From assembly GCA_031960885.1 (NCBI GenBank), contig JAVRLY010000020.1:1-20938 (forward strand): DNA of 20,938 nt. The letters are read 5' to 3'. The DNA is from Desulfurella sp. Its GTDB lineage: Bacteria > Campylobacterota_A > Desulfurellia > Desulfurellales > Desulfurellaceae. The notes under the pieces were generated by a model. It ran no database searches and was not told the origin of the DNA. It saw only the letters and a program-made list of their open reading frames with translations. The position numbers were made by a program, and so were the translations under genes. The first letter of the stretch is position 1, and the number at the start of each line of letters is the position of its first letter. Below are positions 17,397-20,938 of this stretch, in pieces.

Positions 17397-18740
17397 TTAA
17401 GCTCGCTTTAACCCTAATCTTTTTTGTTCGTACTGTTTAATAAGTTCTAAAAATAATAGTGGTACAAGCTCCATTTCTGCTTCACTTACAACACATGCGA
17501 TTCTTGCTTGCGTATTAGCATGTATATTTTGGTTTTTATAAAAGCCTTTCGCTGGTGCAACAAGTAGTGTAAATTTTTCATTGTTTAGTTCTACAAAACC
17601 TTCTGTAGCGCAATATATAACAAAATCATCCATATCAAAACCGCTTTTAACGATATTTCTAACATCTATCATAGAATAAATAGAAGCTTGTGGTTGCGTA
17701 ACAATAATATTTGGGTCCAATTTTTTAAAATTATCATGCAAATTTTTCAATATTTTAGCATAGTGCTCTCTTAAACCTTTGACCCATTGTTGAATGTCTT
17801 GCGCGGACAAGCTAGCTAAAGCACCTGCGATATATTGGTCAATAACAGATGGACACAAATATGTAGTATTTGCCGCACGCGCTTGCTCAAAAAACAACTC
17901 ATTGTCTGTTACCAAAGCACCCATTCTCAAACCACATGCATTAAAAACTTTAGAAAGCGTTTCAATACTTATTCTAATACCAGCACTTTCAATACCTTTT
18001 ACATCTTGTTCTGATATATTCCAAATAGAAGGCGCATAATCAATACCATCAACATAATAAAGACCCCTGTAGGCTTCATCGCTAATTAGAAACATGCCGT
18101 ACTTCATGCAAAGTTTTGCATATTCGTTAATTTGTTCTTGGGCTGTAAGTATACCTGATGGGTTATCATATGGAATAATAAGCATGCCACCAGGCTTGTA
18201 TGTTTTTATAAGGCCTTCTAAGTAATCTAAATCAACATCGTTAAATTTGCCATCTGGCAATAAATCTCTATTAACTGCTATAATACTTCTACCTGTCTCT
18301 TCTGCTATTGATACATAGTTTGTATAGACAGGGTCTAAAACTAAAAGCGGTTTTTGGTTACTATTTGGTTGTCCGCAAACACCAAGAATAACAAGTCTCA
18401 TTACATGAGAGCCGCCCGTATCAACTAACGTATATAAGTTAGGCTTACATTGCGGTTTAAGAAACGATTTAACAATGTTTTTAAAAGCCTCATTTGTCTC
18501 TTCTATGCCTTCCGTTTGCGTATATCTCCAAATGCCATTTATGATATCTGGGTCTTTAGGATTTAAAAATCTATTAACCATAGCAGGATGCGCTTTTAAA
18601 GATACATTACCAATGGCTACGTTTATAGCTTTAATATTTTCATTCTTATTTTGAGATTGTCTTTGAGTAAATAAGATACCTGCTTTTCTTATGCATGATG
18701 GCTGAAGATTTTCAAAAAATTCTGATATTTCTGGCTTCAT
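17397..18740 (-). CDS. PLP-dependent aminotransferase class I/II
   Basis: PVYTNY, PYDNPSG, ISDEAY, TLSKVFNACGLRMG (PLP lysine), ARIA. SD-like GAGGGGG upstream. Confidence 0.88.
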   Translation of the reverse strand: MKPEISEFFENLQPSCIRKAGILFTQRQSQNKNENIKAINVAIGNVSLKAHPAMVNRFLNPKDPDIINGIWRYTQTEGIEETNEAFKNIVKSFLKPQCKPNLYTLVDTGGSHVMRLVILGVCGQPNSNQKPLLVLDPVYTNYVSIAEETGRSIIAVNRDLLPDGKFNDVDLDYLEGLIKTYKPGGMLIIPYDNPSGILTAQEQINEYAKLCMKYGMFLISDEAYRGLYYVDGIDYAPSIWNISEQDVKGIESAGIRISIETLSKVFNACGLRMGALVTDNELFFEQARAANTTYLCPSVIDQYIAGALASLSAQDIQQWVKGLREHYAKILKNLHDNFKKLDPNIIVTQPQASIYSMIDVRNIVKSGFDMDDFVIYCATEGFVELNNEKFTLLVAPAKGFYKNQNIHANTQARIACVVSEAEMELVPLLFLELIKQYEQKRLGLKRA

Positions 18741-18806
18741 TGCATCCCCCTCTTTAATTTTTATTGAATACCTGTATCACTTTTTGAAGTACAAGTCAAG
18801 CATAAA

Positions 18807-20147
18807 TTAATTATTAATTGGTGAAACACTATCGTTTGGTGTTTGAACATCCTTTAATGCAATTTGAATCTTTCGAGTTCTAACGCCCACTAGATCTTCT
18901 AATTCTCTGTCAGCGGCTTTAATTTTGCTTTGTGCTTTTTCTAAAACTTCACCAAATTTTTCAAATTCCTTTTTTACTTGTGTAAGCGTTTCCATTATTT
19001 TATAAGCATTTTTTTCTATCGTTAAGGTTCTAAAACCCATCTGCAAACTATTTAAAAAAGCTGCCAATGTGGTTGGACCAGTGATTACAACTCTATAATT
19101 TTTCATAATCGATTCAAAAAGACCGTTAATTCGCAAAACTTCTGAGTACAAACCTTCATATGGCAAAAACATTATTCCAAAATCAGTAGTATATGGTACT
19201 TCAACGTATTTATCTTTTATATATTTTGCTGATTGCTTAATATCTTGCTCAAGAGATTTTTGAGTAGTAGCTATGAGTGAAAGTTGGTCAGTTTCGTAGT
19301 ATTCTAACAAACGCTGATAGTTTTCAAGAGGAAACTTAGAGTCTATAGGCAGCCATACAATCTCATTTTCGCTATTGCCTGGCAATTTTATAGCAAATTC
19401 CACAAGTTCATTGCTTGTTGGCTTTACTTTGACATTTTTGGCATATAAATTAGGACTTAATATATCGTCAAGTATTTTTTCAAGTTGTAGTTCTCCCAGT
19501 ATACCTCTATTTTTCACATTGGTAAGGACCCTTTTTAAGTCCCCAACGCCATTTGCCAAAGCTTGCATCTGACCTAAACCTTTGTGGACCATCTCAAGTC
19601 TTTCACTAACTTGTCTAAATGATTCACCCAATTTTTTTTCAAGTGATTCGTGCAATTTTTCATCTACAGTCTGACGCATTTGTTCTAGTTTATTTTCATT
19701 ATCAAGTCTTATTTTTTCAAGTTTTTCTTCTACGGTTGAACGAATGTTATCCAAATTTTTATCCAATGCTTGATTTTGAGATTTTAACTCTTGTGATATT
19801 TTTTTGAGTTTTTCATCATTAAGTGTTGTTAGTTTTTCTTGTTTTAGCACAATATCATCTAATGATTTAGAAATGATACTTTCAATAATTTCCATCTTTT
19901 CTTTCAATTCTCTATTAAGCGCACTAAGTAGCTTATCATTGTTATTTAGCATCATATTAAAATTTGAATTTATATCATTTTTGGTTTTAAATATCTCGTC
20001 TTTTAGATTACTGTTGTTTAGGTTTAGTGCATTGCTTAATTGTTCAATTTTTGCATCTAACTTATCATACCTTGATAATTTCAACAAAACAATAATAGTC
20101 AGTATACATACTATACACAGTATAACCAGTACAATAATACTAATCAT
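18807..20147 (-). CDS. rmuC: DNA recombination protein RmuC
   Basis: N-terminal TM helix, coiled coil, NVKNRGILGELQLE, LPIDSKFP, TTDFGIMFLPYEGLYSE, GPTTLAAFLNSLQMGF. Confidence 0.95.
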   Translation of the reverse strand: MISIIVLVILCIVCILTIIVLLKLSRYDKLDAKIEQLSNALNLNNSNLKDEIFKTKNDINSNFNMMLNNNDKLLSALNRELKEKMEIIESIISKSLDDIVLKQEKLTTLNDEKLKKISQELKSQNQALDKNLDNIRSTVEEKLEKIRLDNENKLEQMRQTVDEKLHESLEKKLGESFRQVSERLEMVHKGLGQMQALANGVGDLKRVLTNVKNRGILGELQLEKILDDILSPNLYAKNVKVKPTSNELVEFAIKLPGNSENEIVWLPIDSKFPLENYQRLLEYYETDQLSLIATTQKSLEQDIKQSAKYIKDKYVEVPYTTDFGIMFLPYEGLYSEVLRINGLFESIMKNYRVVITGPTTLAAFLNSLQMGFRTLTIEKNAYKIMETLTQVKKEFEKFGEVLEKAQSKIKAADRELEDLVGVRTRKIQIALKDVQTPNDSVSPINN

Positions 20148-20156
20148 TTAACAATT

Positions 20157-20242
20157 TGGTGCGAGCGGGGAGACTCGAACTCCCACACCGGCTAGGTACT
20201 AGATCCTAAGTCTAGCGCGTCTACCAGTTCCGCCACGCTCGC
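20157..20242 (-). tRNA. tRNA-Leu (anticodon TAG), CCA encoded
   Basis: Reverse complement GCGAGCG TGGCGGAACTGGTAGACGCG CTAGA-CTTAGGA-TCTAG, long variable arm, GGGAGTTCGAGTCTCCC CGCTCGC ACCA. Confidence 0.98.
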
Positions 20243-20255
20243 TTTTTTCTTTTTC

Positions 20256-20284
20256 ACTATAACAAAACACATAAACTTTGTCAA
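20256..20284 (-). promoter_or_regulatory. sigma70 promoter for tRNA-Leu (and probably rmuC)
   Basis: Minus strand TTGACA (20284-20279), 17 nt, TATAGT (20261-20256), ending 13 nt upstream of the mature tRNA 5' end. Confidence 0.8.
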
Positions 20285-20305
20285 ACAAATGCTTTAAAGC
20301 AAATA

Positions 20306-20752
20306 TCAAAATTCATTACCATCTAATTTAGTGTCAATAATACGATAAAATTCATCAAGCAATTGTGAAAAATTATTTGATGTTTTTGCAAAATTCATAA
20401 AGGCTATAATATTGTTTATCGTTTCTTTGCTTAAATAATGTTCAATTTTACAAGCATCATCTTCTGCAACCAGCTCATTTACATGCAATACTTTTTGTAA
20501 AAAATCTTTGAGCAAAAGATGCTTGTTATAAATTTCTTGTGCAATAGACTTGCCTTTTGGTGTTAATACAACAAAACCATAAAACTCGTGCTCAATTAAG
20601 CCCATTGATTTTAATTTTTTTAAAGCATCAACAACAGATGGCGCTTTTACTTGGAAATAGTTTACCAAATCTTTTACTCTTGCTACTGTATTTTGTTGTT
20701 GCATAATAAGTATTCTTTCTAAATAATCTTCCAAAATGGGCGTAATATTCAC
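20306..20752 (-). CDS. DtxR/MntR-family metal-dependent transcriptional regulator (no FeoA/SH3 tail)
   Basis: LEDYLE.I, ARVKDL....VKAPSV..ALKKL...GLI, LTPKG, KH.LL..FL, AEDDACKIEH. GTG start with GGAG at 20764-20761. Confidence 0.93.
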   Translation of the reverse strand: MNITPILEDYLERILIMQQQNTVARVKDLVNYFQVKAPSVVDALKKLKSMGLIEHEFYGFVVLTPKGKSIAQEIYNKHLLLKDFLQKVLHVNELVAEDDACKIEHYLSKETINNIIAFMNFAKTSNNFSQLLDEFYRIIDTKLDGNEF

Positions 20753-20764
20753 TTTTTAATCTCC

Positions 20765-20782
20765 AATTAGATTAACTTAATT
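20765..20782. promoter_or_regulatory. Candidate DtxR/SirR/MntR-type operator overlapping the regulator's own promoter
   Basis: AATTAGATTAACTTAATT, with 14 of 18 positions dyad-symmetric. Core TTAGATTAACTTAA matches TTAGGTTAACCTAA at 12 of 14. Adjacent minus-strand TTGATT (20807-20802), 16 nt, TAAAAT (20785-20780). Confidence 0.6.
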
Positions 20783-20854
20783 TTATTAGTTTTTTAGAAA
20801 AAATCAAGCATTAAATGCATTGCAAAAACCCGAAATTACGCCACGCTCATTATT

Positions 20855-20938
20855 TTACAAATAAATAAAAATCATCGATAGAATACCTACAAGAAGACAC
20901 ATAAATAATACAGGCAGAATTGTAGCTTTTATAAATTG
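20855..20938 (-). CDS. C-terminal end of a membrane protein (possibly a permease); runs off window end
   Basis: Manual translation from 20938: QFIKATILPVLFMCLLVGILSMIFIYL*, a TM-like helix ending at TAA 20857-20855. Not in the ORF track. Confidence 0.6.
   Translation of the reverse strand, partial: QFIKATILPVLFMCLLVGILSMIFIYL

Noticed and set aside
13764..18747. Identical GGATGCAATG at the starts of mscS and the aminotransferase (minus strand)
   Set aside because: Only 7 nt beyond the ATG and partly SD-like; too short to call a shared element.
9646..20151. Short overlapping ORFs within treT, TPSP, mscS, the TPR gene, the PP-loop gene, the aminotransferase and rmuC
   Set aside because: Shadow frames of real genes with no independent evidence of coding.

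Overview
AT-rich, gene-dense bacterial chromosomal window, mostly housekeeping. Gene content and composition suggest a Desulfurella/Hippea-like thermophilic anaerobe (inference only). In order: (1) a tightly coupled + strand operon of nadA (3' end), nadC, stand-alone glutaminase/nitrilase, nadE, sirtuin, HhH-GPD glycosylase and coaE, then trxA-trxB under their own sigma70 promoter; (2) a - strand hisC-tyrA-cmk operon lacking the usual aroA; (3) a trehalose/osmostress block of two convergent units, DUF5752(OrfY)-treT and mscS plus fused trehalose-6-P synthase/phosphatase, resembling the two trehalose operons of Thermoproteus tenax; (4) an exported TPR protein, a ~580-nt unexplained spacer, a THUMP-less PP-loop tRNA sulfurtransferase-like gene and prfA; (5) on the - strand a PLP aminotransferase, rmuC, tRNA-Leu(TAG), a DtxR/MntR regulator with a candidate self-operator, and the 3' end of a membrane-protein gene. 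No transposase, integrase, CRISPR array or recognisable defence system was seen. The best leads are the trehalose block, its apparently leaderless mscS transcript, and the split NAD synthetase coupled to a sirtuin. None is shown to be novel from the sequence alone.
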